This document shows positions 19,909 to 33,946 of a DNA stretch of 64,000 nucleotides, piece by piece. The notes under the pieces were generated by a model. It saw only the letters and a list, made by a program, of their open reading frames with translations. It did not search any database and had not been told where the DNA came from. The stretch spans positions 96,001 to 160,000 of the forward strand of contig JAWSUI010000002.1 in the NCBI GenBank assembly GCA_033551855.1, read 5' to 3'. A program made the position numbers and the translations under genes. Every line of letters starts with the position of its first letter. The stretch's first letter is position 1. Source of the DNA: Deferrisomatales bacterium (GTDB lineage: Bacteria; Desulfobacterota; Deferrisomatia; Deferrisomatales; JACRMM01).

Positions 19909-20829
19909 ATGGCCTTTCAGCAGACCCTGAAGATTCCCGTTTCTCTTTCCGGTGTGGGGCTCCACACCGGCCAGACCGTTCACCTGCGGTTGCTTCCCGC
20001 GGCCTCGGATTGCGGGGTGCGGTTTCGGCGCTCGGACCTGACCCCGGCCGTGGAGATCCCGGCCCGCAGCGAGCACGTGGTCGAGACCACGCTCGCCACG
20101 GTGCTGGGGAAGGACGGAGCGCAGGTCTCCACGGTGGAGCACTGCTTGGCGGCCCTCTATGCCCTTGGGGTCGACAACTGCACGGTGGAGGTGGACGGAC
20201 CGGAGCTTCCCATCCTGGACGGGAGTGCTGGACCCTACGCGGCCGCCATCCTGGGCGCCGGGCTTCGCCGACAGCGGGGAACCCGTCAGGTGCTGCGGGT
20301 GGAGAAGCCCATCCGGGTCGAGAATGGGGACAAGTTCTGCATCCTCCGTCCGGCCGAGAAGTTCCGGGTGACCTACAGCATCGACTTCGACGGACGCTTC
20401 CCGGGCGCCCAGCACTACTATCTCGACGTGGGGCCCCGCACGTTCGCCACCGAGCTCGCGGCAGCGCGCACCTTCGGGTTTCTCGCCGAGGTCACCTACC
20501 TGCGCTCCGTGGGAAAGGCTCGAGGCGGGTCGTTGGAGAATGCCGTGGTGGTGGACGGGGACCGCGTGCTGAACCCGGAGGGTCTGCGGATGCCCGACGA
20601 GATGGTCCGGCACAAGATCCTCGACGCCGTGGGAGACTTGGCCCTCGCCGGACGGCCCGTCTGTGGGCACCTCATCGTCCACAAGGGGGGGCACGCCCTC
20701 CACGATGCCCTGGTGAAGGCGCTCCTGGCGAATCCCGATGCCTGGTCCCTGGTGGACATGGATGCAGCACCGCGCCGACGGGAGCGGGCCACCGTCGTGC
20801 CGAGCCCCCTGGTTCCCGCCCACGCCTGA
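19909..20829 (+). CDS. lpxC: UDP-3-O-acyl-GlcNAc deacetylase
   Basis: QQTL, GVGLHTG, TVEH, PILDGSA, ARTFGF, GGSLENA, RHKILD..GDL, GGHALH. Confidence 0.97.
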   Translation: MAFQQTLKIPVSLSGVGLHTGQTVHLRLLPAASDCGVRFRRSDLTPAVEIPARSEHVVETTLATVLGKDGAQVSTVEHCLAALYALGVDNCTVEVDGPELPILDGSAGPYAAAILGAGLRRQRGTRQVLRVEKPIRVENGDKFCILRPAEKFRVTYSIDFDGRFPGAQHYYLDVGPRTFATELAAARTFGFLAEVTYLRSVGKARGGSLENAVVVDGDRVLNPEGLRMPDEMVRHKILDAVGDLALAGRPVCGHLIVHKGGHALHDALVKALLANPDAWSLVDMDAAPRRRERATVVPSPLVPAHA

Positions 20830-20915
20830 GCCAACATCTCCTCCCCGGGGGTAGCGCCCCCGGACTCCCGGACCTCGTATGCTGCCCCCCGGTGGTCTTG
20901 GGCCGGGGCGCGGGG

Positions 20916-20944
20916 TTGCCCCCGTGTCGCCGGTCTTCTAGAAT
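20916..20944 (+). promoter_or_regulatory. Sigma-70 promoter for DUF4390-ntrY-ntrX
   Basis: TTGCCC-17 nt-TAGAAT. Confidence 0.55.
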
Positions 20945-20998
20945 GCGGCCTTCCCCGAGGCGGCCCGAGCCGCCCCTCGCCCTTCACCGGGACGGCCC

Positions 20999-21589
20999 AT
21001 GGGACTTCGGCGCATCGCAGCGCTCAGCCTCACCCTGCTCTTCGTCTTCCTCGCGACCCCGAGCTCGGGTCGCCTTGCCCGGCAGCCGCACATCGATGGC
21101 GTGAACCTTCGGCGGGGGCCCCACGCGGACCTGATCGTGGACTTCCGGGTGGAGGGGCTCCGAAACCGGAAGATTCTCGAAACCCTGGACAGCGGCCTGC
21201 CTGTGCGCTTCACCTACTGGGTCCGGGTTGTCCGGCCCCGAGAGCTTCGACGGGACCAGATCGTCGCCGAGGTCCAGATCGAGCGGGCTCTAGAGAAGGA
21301 CAACCTGAAGAATCGATTCCACGTGACCCTCTCCGAGGGCGCCGACGCCGAGGAGGTGGCCACCCTCGACGCGGCTCTCCAGGCCATGAGCCAGGTAGAG
21401 GGGGTCAGTGTGCTGCCCCTCGACGCTCTCGGCGGCCGGAGGCCGATGGTTCTCATGCTCAAGGCACAATTGCAGAAGTTCCAACTCCCGTTCCACCTCC
21501 ATTATCTCTTCGCGTTCGTCTCCTTCTGGGATGTGGAGACCGAGTGGCACTCCCTGCCCCTGCCGGACTCCCCGAACGCCCTCCCGTGA
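20999..21589 (+). CDS. DUF4390-family exported protein
   Basis: Signal peptide, L.SGLPVRFTY, C-terminal LPF.L.YLF.FVS.WD.ETEW; usual position upstream of ntrY. Confidence 0.75.
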   Translation: MGLRRIAALSLTLLFVFLATPSSGRLARQPHIDGVNLRRGPHADLIVDFRVEGLRNRKILETLDSGLPVRFTYWVRVVRPRELRRDQIVAEVQIERALEKDNLKNRFHVTLSEGADAEEVATLDAALQAMSQVEGVSVLPLDALGGRRPMVLMLKAQLQKFQLPFHLHYLFAFVSFWDVETEWHSLPLPDSPNALP

Positions 21590-23801
21590 GGGGCTTCCCG
21601 GACACCAGGAGGGTCCTGCGCTGGGGACCCCTGCTCCTGGCGGCCCTAGCACTCTTCTGGGTTGGGTTGAACGTCCTCCAGTGGCGTCTGTTCGAAGAAG
21701 CCCAGGGGGGGAGCCTGCTGGAGACCCTTGCGGTCTTCGGTCTGATCAACCTGAACATCCTCCTGCTCCTGCTCCTGGTCTTCCTGACCCTGCGCAACCT
21801 CGCGAAGCTGGCCTTCGAGAGGCGCAGCGGTGTGCTGGGCGCCAGGCTCAAGACCAAGCTCGTCCTCGCGTTCCTTTCCATGACCGTCATCCCCACGGCG
21901 CTGCTCTACCTCGCCAGTGCGGGCTTTCTGGCCCGGAGCATCGACAGCTGGTTCAGCAGCCGGGTGGAGGGGGCCCTGCGCCAGGCACTGGAAGTGGCCC
22001 GCGCCTACTATCAGGCCGAGGAGGGCAGGGTTCTCCACTACGCCCGTCGCCTGGCTGAGTCTCTGCCCCTGGAAGGCATGGGGGAGGATCTCGGGCGCAT
22101 CGAGGCGCTGCTCCAGGACCGGGCCTTGGAGGATCCCCTGGGGGCGGTCACGGTCTTCTCGGCCTCCGGCGAGGTGCTGAGCGTGGTGGCCAACCCCCGC
22201 TTCCCCCTCCCCGAGCTGGCCACCGCTGAGGCGCCGGAGGTGAGGCAGGCCCTCCTGGGGAGGGAGGCGGCCGGCTTGGGCCACTTCTCCTCCGGGGATT
22301 TCTTGCGCGGCGCCGCACCGATCCGGAATCCGCAGACGGGGGAGATCTGGGGGGCGGTGGTGGTGGACGGGTACATGCCTGGCCGAACCCTGGAGCGGCT
22401 CGAAGAGATCACGGCCGGATTCGAGGAGTATCGGCAACTCGAGGTGCTGAAGGCCCCGGTGAAGGCGAGCTACATCCTGCCGCTGCTCCTCGTGGCGCTG
22501 CTCCTCGTCTTCGCGGCGACCTGGTTCGGCTTCTATCTGGCCCGGGGGATCACCGGTCCCATCCAGGAGTTGGCCCAAGCCACCCAGCGGGTGGCGGGGG
22601 GCGATCTGGAGTTCCAGTTGGAGGTGGTGAGTCGGGACGAAGTGGGGACGCTGGTGGAGTCGTTCAACCGGATGACCCGAGACCTCCGGGCGAGCAAGGG
22701 CCAGGTAGAGGCGACGCAGGTCACGCTGAGCCGGGCGAATGACGAACTGGAGCGCCGCCGCCGTTACATGGAGATCGTGCTCGGCCGCGTGGCCGCCGGG
22801 GTGGTGAGCACGGACCGGGGAGGGAACATCACCACCATGAACGAGGCGGCGAGGGAAATGCTCGAGGTTGGCGACGAGGTGTTGGGAAAGTCGTACCGGG
22901 AGGTCCTTGCCGGGGAGGCGGAGTGCCTGGTCACCGATCTGCTCCGAGAGCTCGGGCGCTCCCGACAGGATGCCCTCCAGAGGCAAGTCCTCCTGAACCT
23001 GGGAGGGCAGAGGCGCTCGTTCCTCGTACACCTGACCCGCTTGCGGGACGAGGGCGGTGAACCCATCGGCACGGTGGCGGTCTTCGACGATCTGACAGAG
23101 CTGGTGAGGGCCCAGCGGGCCCAGGCGTGGCAGGAGGTCGCACGCCGCATCGCCCATGAGATCAAGAATCCCCTCACCCCGATCCAACTCTCCGCCCAGC
23201 GGCTGCGACGCCGGTACGCGGACCTCCTGGCGGAGGAAGAGGGAGAGGTCCTGGATCAGGCCACACGGACGATCGTGGCACAGGTGGATGGCCTCAAGAG
23301 GCTCGTCGACGAGTTCAGCCGGTTCGCGAAGATGCCCGAGTCGCGGCCCGCCCCCGAGGACGTCAACCGGTTGGTGGAAGAGGTCGCGGCCCTCTACAAA
23401 CCGGTCCACGGCCAGATTCAGTTCGAGGTGCGGTTGGCCTCCCAGCTGCCGATCGTCGAAGTCGACGCCGAGCAGCTCAAGCGGGCCCTGGTGAACCTCC
23501 TCGACAATGCCGTTTCTGCCCTGGAGGGGGTGGCCCACGGGCGCATCGAGCTGCTGACCGAGTTCGAGCCGGAGCGGCAGGTGGTGCGGGTGGTGGTGGC
23601 AGACAACGGGCCGGGGCTCACTTCAGAGGCGCGAGAGCGGCTCTTCGAGCCCTACTTCTCGACAAAGAAGGGAGGGACCGGCCTGGGGCTCGCGATCGTC
23701 AAGAGCATCGTGGCCGACCATCGGGGCTATGTGCGTGCTGTGGACAACCGTCCACAAGGGACCCGCTTCCTTCTCGAATTTCCCCTCCAGGGAGCCAACG
23801 C

Positions 23802-23805
<4 letters not shown>
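21586..23805 (+). CDS. ntrY: NtrY-like sensor histidine kinase (HAMP, PAS)
   Basis: G.RLKTKL, SIDSWF, AWQEVARRIAHEIKNPLTPIQLSAQRL, LVDEFSRFAKMP, FEPYFSTK. Confidence 0.9.
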
Positions 23806-25163
<1,358 letters not shown>

Positions 25164-25178
25164 GAAGCGACGGGGAGA

Positions 25179-25204
25179 GAGTCCCCCCCTGGTGCGGGGG
25201 GCTC
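25179..25204. terminator. Hairpin between convergent ntrX and lipoprotein genes
   Basis: GAGTCCCCCC...GGGGGGCTC stem between converging stops. Confidence 0.4.
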
Positions 25205-25736
25205 AGTGGGAGCGCAGCACGCGGCCTCCGGGAGCACCCCGACAAGCGTCGCCCTGGGCGTGCCAGCGCACGATCGTTCCGGAGCCGTCGGCGATGAAGG
25301 TGAACTCGCACGTGTTCCGGAAGGTCTGCGGCGGATAGTAGGTCCCCGGGTAGATGGTGGTGGTCTGCGTGCGGACCCCGTCGTCCCGGCTCCGCAGGGT
25401 CTCCACCGTGGTGGGGGTCTCGTATCCCGGGATCACGCCGGTCACCACGCGGCTCCACGTGTACGCGCGTTCGCCCCCCTCCAGCTCCCGGAGGACGTAG
25501 TTGTACCCGAAGGTGTCCTGGGCGGTGCCGATCGGCCTTCCCAGGAAGGCGTCCATGTGGGTTCGGAATTGCCCTGCGGTGGCGCACCCGGCGGCTGCTG
25601 CTACCGTCAGCAGCGCCCACCGACGCAATGTGACCCGGATTCCCGCAATGTCCCTCTCCAGGCGCGCCCGCCCGCCGCGGCGTCCCTCGTGCCCCCCGGC
25701 GTCGCCCCCCCGCGTGGCGCCCGCCCCGGCCGTCAT
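25203..25736 (-). CDS. Putative lipoprotein (start uncertain)
   Basis: RRWALLTVAAAAGC lipobox-like segment; ATGA overlap with the USP stop. Confidence 0.7.
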   Translation of the reverse strand: MTAGAGATRGGDAGGHEGRRGGRARLERDIAGIRVTLRRWALLTVAAAAGCATAGQFRTHMDAFLGRPIGTAQDTFGYNYVLRELEGGERAYTWSRVVTGVIPGYETPTTVETLRSRDDGVRTQTTTIYPGTYYPPQTFRNTCEFTFIADGSGTIVRWHAQGDACRGAPGGRVLRSH

Positions 25737-26161
25737 ACCCGCACCACCAGGACCGAGCAGGGAGCGTGTCGGGCGACCCGGCTGGCGTTGGGGCCGAGCA
25801 GGAGCTCGGTTCCCTCCGGATGGTGTGCGGCCATGACGATGAGGTCTGCCCCCACGGTCTCCGCCATCTCCAGGATGCGGCGGTAGATGGAGCCCTGGGC
25901 CACGACGCACTGGACCGGGATGCCCTCCGGGACCTTCTTCTCGACCAGCTCGTGCAGGGCGGCCTTGGCCTCCTCCACGATCGCTTCCTCGGCCCCCTTC
26001 GGGAAGAACTGGCCGACCAGGGGCATCCCCATGTCCGGGACGACGGTCAGCACGTGCAGTTGGGCTCCGAAGCACTGGGAGAGCCGGGCAGCGGCCTCCA
26101 GCCCCGGGCGCCGCTCGGTCTGCCACTCGATGTCCACCGGGACGAGAATGTGGCGGTACAT
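25733..26161 (-). CDS. Universal stress protein (TeaD-like, TRAP-associated)
   Basis: MYRHILVPVD, ADLIVMA, LLGPNASRVARHAPCSVLVVR. Confidence 0.93.
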   Translation of the reverse strand: MYRHILVPVDIEWQTERRPGLEAAARLSQCFGAQLHVLTVVPDMGMPLVGQFFPKGAEEAIVEEAKAALHELVEKKVPEGIPVQCVVAQGSIYRRILEMAETVGADLIVMAAHHPEGTELLLGPNASRVARHAPCSVLVVRV

Positions 26162-26173
26162 GGGACTCCTCCT

Positions 26174-28378
<2,205 letters not shown>

Positions 28379-28494
28379 GCGGCCTCCCTTGCTACCTGGC
28401 GGCCCTGCGGGCACCCCGCCGGGCTTTGTTTCGGCAGGCGCGGACTTCTTGCCTCGAACCCGAAACCTCGGCGACAGCACGCCCGCACCGCCGT

Positions 28495-28515
28495 TCGCGG
28501 GCAAGCCCGCTCCCA
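28495..28515 (-). repeat. Single REP-like element between TAXI and permease genes
   Basis: Minus strand TGGGAGCGGGCTTGCCCGCGA; same family as the cluster at 36290-36459. Confidence 0.65.
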
Positions 28516-28583
28516 GGAGAAGCCCGCCGGAGCGATCCACCCGCCCGGGGCCGGCTTGCCGGTCCCGGGCGGGTGGCGTGGGC

Positions 28584-29555
28584 TCAGATCCAGCCCTTCT
28601 CCTTGTAGTACTTCGCAGCCCCCGGGTGCAGGGGGGCCGAGAGGCCCTTCATCATCTCCGCCGGGTCCAGGTTGCGGAACGCGGCGTGGGACTGCTTGAG
28701 CTCCTCCAGGTACTCGAAGACGATCTTGACGAAGTCGTAGACGGTCTGCTCGGCCACCGCTTCGGACGTCATCATGGTCGCGGTCACCGCGAAGGTCTCC
28801 ACGGGCTCGGTCACCCCGTGGTAGGTGCCCGCGGGGATGGTGGTCATGATGTAGAACGGCCTCTCCTCCACGAACTTTCGGATCGCGTCGCTGGCGATCG
28901 GGATGATCCGGATGTCGGTGGAGGTGGCCGGCTCCTCAATGGCCGCACTGGGATTGCCCACGGTGTAGAAGAACGCGTCGATCTTCTTGTCCACCAGGGC
29001 CCGGGAGGCCTCGGCCTGCTGGAGCCCCTCGGCCCGGATGTCCTTGCCCTGGTCGATGCCGTAGAGCCGCAGTACGTCCTCGGCGTTGCCCCGCTGGCCC
29101 GAGCCGGGGTTGCCGATGTTGATGCGCTTGCCCTTGATGTCCTCCACCTTGGTGATGCCCGTGTCCTTGCGGGTGACGAGGAGGACGGTCTCCGGGTGCA
29201 GGCTGAAGACGCTGCGCAGCGACCCGACCGGTTTCCCGGCCCAGTCGGCCTCACCGTTGAAGGCCTGCCAGTTGCGGTCCGACTGGACCACGCCGAAGTC
29301 GAGCAGACCCCGGTCCACCGCGTTGACGTTGAACACCGAGCCTAGGGCGGGGCGCCCGACGCAGTTGTACTTGCCCTCGGCGTGCCTGTTGACCAGGTTG
29401 CACACCTGGAGGGCCACTTGGTAGTAGACCCCGGTGACCGCGCCGCCTCCGATCAGGAGGTCCTGGCCCGCGGGGGCCGGGCCCGCCGCCAGGCTCCCGA
29501 CGGCCAGCGCTGCGGCCGCCACCAGGGCCTTCCATCCGCTGCCTGTCTTCTTCAT
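28584..29555 (-). CDS. TAXI-family TRAP solute-binding protein
   Basis: Signal peptide, TGVYY, GSVFNV, QSD, NIGNPGSGQR, PLHPGAAKYYKE. Confidence 0.95.
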   Translation of the reverse strand: MKKTGSGWKALVAAAALAVGSLAAGPAPAGQDLLIGGGAVTGVYYQVALQVCNLVNRHAEGKYNCVGRPALGSVFNVNAVDRGLLDFGVVQSDRNWQAFNGEADWAGKPVGSLRSVFSLHPETVLLVTRKDTGITKVEDIKGKRINIGNPGSGQRGNAEDVLRLYGIDQGKDIRAEGLQQAEASRALVDKKIDAFFYTVGNPSAAIEEPATSTDIRIIPIASDAIRKFVEERPFYIMTTIPAGTYHGVTEPVETFAVTATMMTSEAVAEQTVYDFVKIVFEYLEELKQSHAAFRNLDPAEMMKGLSAPLHPGAAKYYKEKGWI

Positions 29556-29648
29556 CGCCGCCTCCTTGTGTTCGTGGGCATCATTGCCCGGTGGAAAGGT
29601 CGCCCGCCCGGGTCGCGGTTCCGGCGCGGCGGGTTGCCCAACCCTGGG

Positions 29649-29676
29649 AGTCTAGCGCCCTCCCCCGCCCGGTCAA
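29649..29676 (-). promoter_or_regulatory. Possible sigma-70 promoter of the TAXI-TRAP operon
   Basis: TTGACC-16 nt-TAGACT overlapping the aminotransferase stop. Confidence 0.45.
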
Positions 29677-31006
29677 GGGGAGGGGAGCGTCTCGTGGGCA
29701 GCCTCTAACGCTTCCCCCAGGGCCCCGACGAGGAAAACCAACTCCTCCTCGGTGACGGTGAGGGGTGGGCTCAAGAGGAGGTGGTCGCCGCGGATGCCGT
29801 CCGCACCCCCGTCGCCGGGGTAGGTGACGAGACCCCGGGCCATGGCCTCGGCCGCCACCTTGTAGGCCATCTTGCGCCGCGGGTCGAAGGGCTCCCGGGT
29901 CGCCTTGTCGGCCACCAGCTCGACGCCGGCGAAGAGCCCCAGCCCCCGCACATCCCCCACGAGGGGCAGGTCGGCCAGACCCTGGAGGGCCTCGAGCATC
30001 CTCTGCCCCAGGGCGGCCGAGCGTTCCACGAGCCGGTGCTCCTCCAGATAGCGCAGCACCGCCGCGCCGATCGCCATGGAGACCGGGTGCTGGCCGTAGG
30101 TGTGGCCGTGGGTGAAGCTCCCGGAGCCGCCGCGGATGGCTTCGTGGACCGAACGGCGCACCAGGACCGCCCCGATGGGGGCGTACCCGCTGGAGAGACC
30201 CTTGGCCAGCACGGTGAGGTCTCCTTCGACCCCCCAGTGCTGCAGCGCCAGGTTGCGGTCGGTGCGACCGGCGCCGGTCATCACCTCGTCCGCGATCAGG
30301 AGGATGCCGTAGCGGTCGCAGATCGCACGAATCCGCTGCCAGTACCCGTCCGGCGGGACCAACACGCCCGCGGTCGCCCCCACGACGGGCTCGGCGATGA
30401 AGGCCGCGACGCTCTCGGGCCCCTCGTAGCGGATGGTCCGGTCCAAGGCTTCCGCGCAAGGAAGACCACAGGACCCGACTCCCGCCCGAAGGGGCAACGG
30501 TAGCAGTAGCAGGGCTCCACGTGGGGCGTGTGCTGGATCAGCGGCAGGTAGGGGCTCCTGCGCCCCGTGTGTCCCCCCAGGGCGAGGGCGCCGGCCGTGT
30601 TCCCGTGGTAGGAGGTCCACCGGGACACGACCTTGTAGCGGTCGGGCCGGCCCATCTCGCGCCAATACTGACGGGCGAGCTTGACGGCGGTCTCGACCGC
30701 CTCCGAGCCCCCGGAGACGAAGTAGACCCGGTCGAGCTCCGGGTCCGGGGAGAGTGCCGCCACCCGTTGGGCCAGCTCCTCGCAGGCCCGGGTCGTGAAG
30801 TGGCTCCCGTGGGCGAAGCTCAGCGCGTCCATCTGGGCATCGGCCGCCTGCCGGATCTCGGGAACCCCGTGGCCGATGGTGACGACGCACGCCCCGCCGG
30901 AGCCGTCCAAGTAGCGCCTTCCGCCGGCGTCCCAGATCCACGCGCCCTCGGCGCGGACGGCTTCGGGGTAGGTCTTGGAGGGGCTCCGGTGAAATACGTG
31001 GGACAT
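29673..31006 (-). pseudogene. Class III PLP aminotransferase split by a single-base frameshift near 30480
   Basis: N-half (YLDGSGGA, SGGSEAVETA, SYHGNT, YCYRCPFG) and C-half (AAFIAEP, DEVMTG, AKGLSSGY, HGHTY) lie in different frames and join if one base is added after GRE. Confidence 0.85.
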
Positions 31007-31129
31007 GGCTTCCTCCGTGGCGGTTGACCGGTGACGGGTGGCTAGGGCCTAGGGGCTCGGGCCACTGTCGTATCTGTCCCATGGGTCCTATAGGTCATAG
31101 GTCCCATCGCTTCCCAGCGCGCAGCCTCC

Positions 31130-31963
31130 TCACGGTCTCTGCGCAATCCCCAGGATCTCCCGGGCCTGGGCCGGGGTTGCGATCGTTCGGCCCGCCTCCG
31201 TCGCGATGCGCACGGCGCGCTCCACCAACTGGGCGTTGGAGCGGGCGAGCTCTCCCTTTCGGTAGTAGAGGTTGTCCTCGAGGCCGACGCGCACGTGGCC
31301 TCCCAGGGCGAGGGTCGTCAGCAGGATCGGCAGGTGCCCCGTGCCAATGCCGATCGAGCTCCACGTGGAGCCCTCCGGGATGGTCCCCACCAGGTGGAGC
31401 AGCTCCCTGGGGGTGGCCGAGGCGCCCCCCGGGGCCCCCAGCACGAACTGGAAGTGCAGCGGCGGATCCAGCAGTCTCCGGTCTCGCAACCGCAGACAGT
31501 TGCCGATCATCCCGGAGTCGAAGATCTCGAGCTCCGGCTTCGTTCCCGCCTCCCGCATTCGCCGGGCCAGATCCTCGAGGAAATCCGGGGGGTTCAGGAA
31601 GACCCCGTCCCCGAGGTTCATGCTCCCGGCGTCGAAGCTCGCGAGCTCGGGGCGGAACTGCAGGGGGATGAAACGGGCCTCGTACGCCAGGTTGCGGCCG
31701 GGGATGCCGCTGGTGGTGAGGCACACCACCGGGTCCGCCCCGGAGGCAGCCAGACGCTCCAGCACCCGCCGGTAGAGCTCGGCGTCCTGGGTCCCCAGGG
31801 CCGTCTCCGGGTCACGGACGTGGATGTGCACCACGCTGGCGCCGGCTCGCGCCGCTTCGGCCGCAGAGTCGGCGATCTCCTCCGGCAGGATGGGGATGTG
31901 GGGGCACTTCTCCCGAGGGGTGCGGCTGCCGGTGATGGCGGCGGTGAGGATCACGGGGGTCAC
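31130..31963 (-). CDS. Beta-keto acid cleavage enzyme (BKACE/Kce, DUF849)
   Basis: ILTAAITG, AGASVVHIHVRD, GSMN, KPELEIFD, GGHVRVGLEDN. Confidence 0.93.
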   Translation of the reverse strand: MTPVILTAAITGSRTPREKCPHIPILPEEIADSAAEAARAGASVVHIHVRDPETALGTQDAELYRRVLERLAASGADPVVCLTTSGIPGRNLAYEARFIPLQFRPELASFDAGSMNLGDGVFLNPPDFLEDLARRMREAGTKPELEIFDSGMIGNCLRLRDRRLLDPPLHFQFVLGAPGGASATPRELLHLVGTIPEGSTWSSIGIGTGHLPILLTTLALGGHVRVGLEDNLYYRKGELARSNAQLVERAVRIATEAGRTIATPAQAREILGIAQRP

Positions 31964-32012
31964 GTCGCAGTCCTCCTCGTGTCGCGGATCGGTGCCGTCT
32001 TCGGCCCCGTCA

Positions 32013-32816
32013 CTACCAGTACACGCCCCGCTCGGCCCAGAGCGCCTCCTTCTCTTCCAGGGCGGCGCGGGCCCGGGGTCCCAGGCGGCGGGAGACCTCC
32101 AGGAGCAGGGCCTGGGCCAGGGAGACACAGGCGGTGAAGCTCTCGATGTACCCGTCGAGACCGTAGGCCGCGGGCAGGAGGACCTCGGCGTCCTCGGCCA
32201 GGGGCGACGCCGGGCCGTCGGTCAGGGCGATGAGCACGGCCCCGCGCTTCCGGGCCAGGGCGGCTGCCTCCACCACCTGTCGGGTGTAGCGAGGGAAGGT
32301 GACCGCCACCACCACGTCGCCGGGGCGCACACGGTCCAGGTCATCCCAGATGTCAGCGGTACCGGGGATGAGGACCCGGGCATCGATCCCCAGGTACGAG
32401 AGGCCCTCCTGGAGGATCACCGCGACGGCGTGGGGCGTGCGCAGGCCCAGCAGCCAGGTGCGGGGGCTTCCGGCAAGCAGCTCCGCCGCCTGTTCGAAGG
32501 CCAGGGGGGGGAGCCTCTGCCAGGTGTCCCTCAGGTTCTCGATGTCGCGGGAGAAGACCCGTGCCAGGGGATCCGATCTTCCCTCGTTCGCCAGCCGCTC
32601 CACGGTGGTGCGGCGGCGGGCCACCGTAGCGCGAAGCTCCTGCTGGTACTCCGGGTAGCCCGGGTGCCCCAACCCCTGAACGGCCCGGATCACGGTCGAC
32701 TCGCTGACCCCGCACCGCCGACCGAGCTCCCGGGCGGAAAGGTAGCTGGCCTCTTCACTGTGGGCCTCCGCGTAGGCGATCACCGCCTGGCGGGCGCGGG
32801 AGGGGCGGCGAGCCAT
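32013..32816 (-). CDS. MurR/RpiR-family transcriptional regulator
   Basis: ELG..CGVSESTVIR....LG..GY.E HTH; SIS domain (TFPRYT, LTD...SPLA). Confidence 0.92.
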   Translation of the reverse strand: MARRPSRARQAVIAYAEAHSEEASYLSARELGRRCGVSESTVIRAVQGLGHPGYPEYQQELRATVARRRTTVERLANEGRSDPLARVFSRDIENLRDTWQRLPPLAFEQAAELLAGSPRTWLLGLRTPHAVAVILQEGLSYLGIDARVLIPGTADIWDDLDRVRPGDVVVAVTFPRYTRQVVEAAALARKRGAVLIALTDGPASPLAEDAEVLLPAAYGLDGYIESFTACVSLAQALLLEVSRRLGPRARAALEEKEALWAERGVYW

Positions 32817-32853
32817 GCAGGATCTCCTGCAGGTCAGGGTCTTGGGTGCAGCA
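32816..32853. promoter_or_regulatory. Putative RpiR operator (copy 1) overlapping the rpiR RBS/start
   Basis: TGCAGGA-tc-TCCTGCA-N15-TGCAGCA. Confidence 0.65.
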
Positions 32854-32997
32854 ATGGTTGCTGATACCACACCCCCCCGGGGGGCTGTCAAACCTTGGCG
32901 TGCCGCGCGACGCTGCGGCGAACGGGTCCGCGAGGCCTTCCCCTGGCGAGGCTTCGCCTCCGACGGTCGAGACAGGTCAGCTCCCATCCCCCTGCCC

Positions 32998-33046
32998 GAT
33001 CGAAATCGAAATCGCGATCGAATGCGAGCTCGATCTCGATCTGGAC
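32998..33046. repeat. Degenerate hexamer tandem repeat (ATCGAA-like)
   Basis: gatcgaaatcgaaatcgcgatcgaatgcgagctcgatctcgatc. Confidence 0.6.
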
Positions 33047-33132
33047 GGTGCATCCGGATGTGCCGTGCTGTCCGTCGCGGCACCGCCTCCAGGCCTGACG
33101 GGGTGTTCGAGATTCCAGGCCCTCGAGGACCC

Positions 33133-33897
33133 CTAGCTCTCCCGGCGCCGGGCGAAACCCTCCAGGGCCTCCACCCGCTCGGGCGCGGAGACGGTGGCCA
33201 GGCAGGCCTCGATCTCGTAGTCCATGAGCGCCTCCAGGCTGACCTCCGAGGCCATGGCGAGGCCCTTCTTGATGAGCTTCACGGAGAACGGGGAGTTTCG
33301 GGCGATCTTCCCCGCCAGCTCGTGGGTGAACGACAGGAGTTGGCCGTCGGGCACGACGTGGTTCACGAGGCCGATCCGGGCCGCCTCCGCCCCGGAGATG
33401 TTCTCGGCGGTGAAGAAGAGCTCCTTGGCCTTGCCGGGGCCCACCAGGTCCGACAGCAGCCGCAGGGCGCCGCCGGTCACCGAGGAGGACACGCGGGCCT
33501 CGGGGGAGCCGAACTGGGCGCTCTCCGCCGCCACCCTCAGGTCGCAGGCGAGGGCGAGCTCGTAGCCCGAGCCCAGGGCGTAGCCGTTGACGGCGGCGAT
33601 CGTGGCCTTCGGGAAGCGGATCAGCCGTCGGGAGATCTCCTGCAGGTGCTCCAGGTAGTCCCGGTAGGCCTCCAGGGTTCGTCCCTTGGAGTCCTTGAGG
33701 TCGGCCCCGGCGGAGAAGGCCCGGCCCTCGCCCGTGACGATGAGCACCCGGACCCGCGGGTCCCCGGCCGCGTCCTCCAGCGCGGCCTGCAGATCGAGCC
33801 AGAGCTGCTTGTTCATGGCGTTGAGGACGTGGGGGCGGTTCAAGGAGATGGTAGCCACGGGGTGGGCCTTCTCGTACCGGACGCACTCGAGCTTCAT
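33133..33897 (-). CDS. Enoyl-CoA hydratase/isomerase family
   Basis: LNRPHVLNA, AFSAGADL, AAVNGYALGSGYELALACD, PEA. Confidence 0.93.
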   Translation of the reverse strand: MKLECVRYEKAHPVATISLNRPHVLNAMNKQLWLDLQAALEDAAGDPRVRVLIVTGEGRAFSAGADLKDSKGRTLEAYRDYLEHLQEISRRLIRFPKATIAAVNGYALGSGYELALACDLRVAAESAQFGSPEARVSSSVTGGALRLLSDLVGPGKAKELFFTAENISGAEAARIGLVNHVVPDGQLLSFTHELAGKIARNSPFSVKLIKKGLAMASEVSLEALMDYEIEACLATVSAPERVEALEGFARRRES

Positions 33898-33946
33898 CGT
33901 CTCTCCTCCTCTGGGGGTGGGTCTGCGGTGTGCGAGCGGCGTGTCG

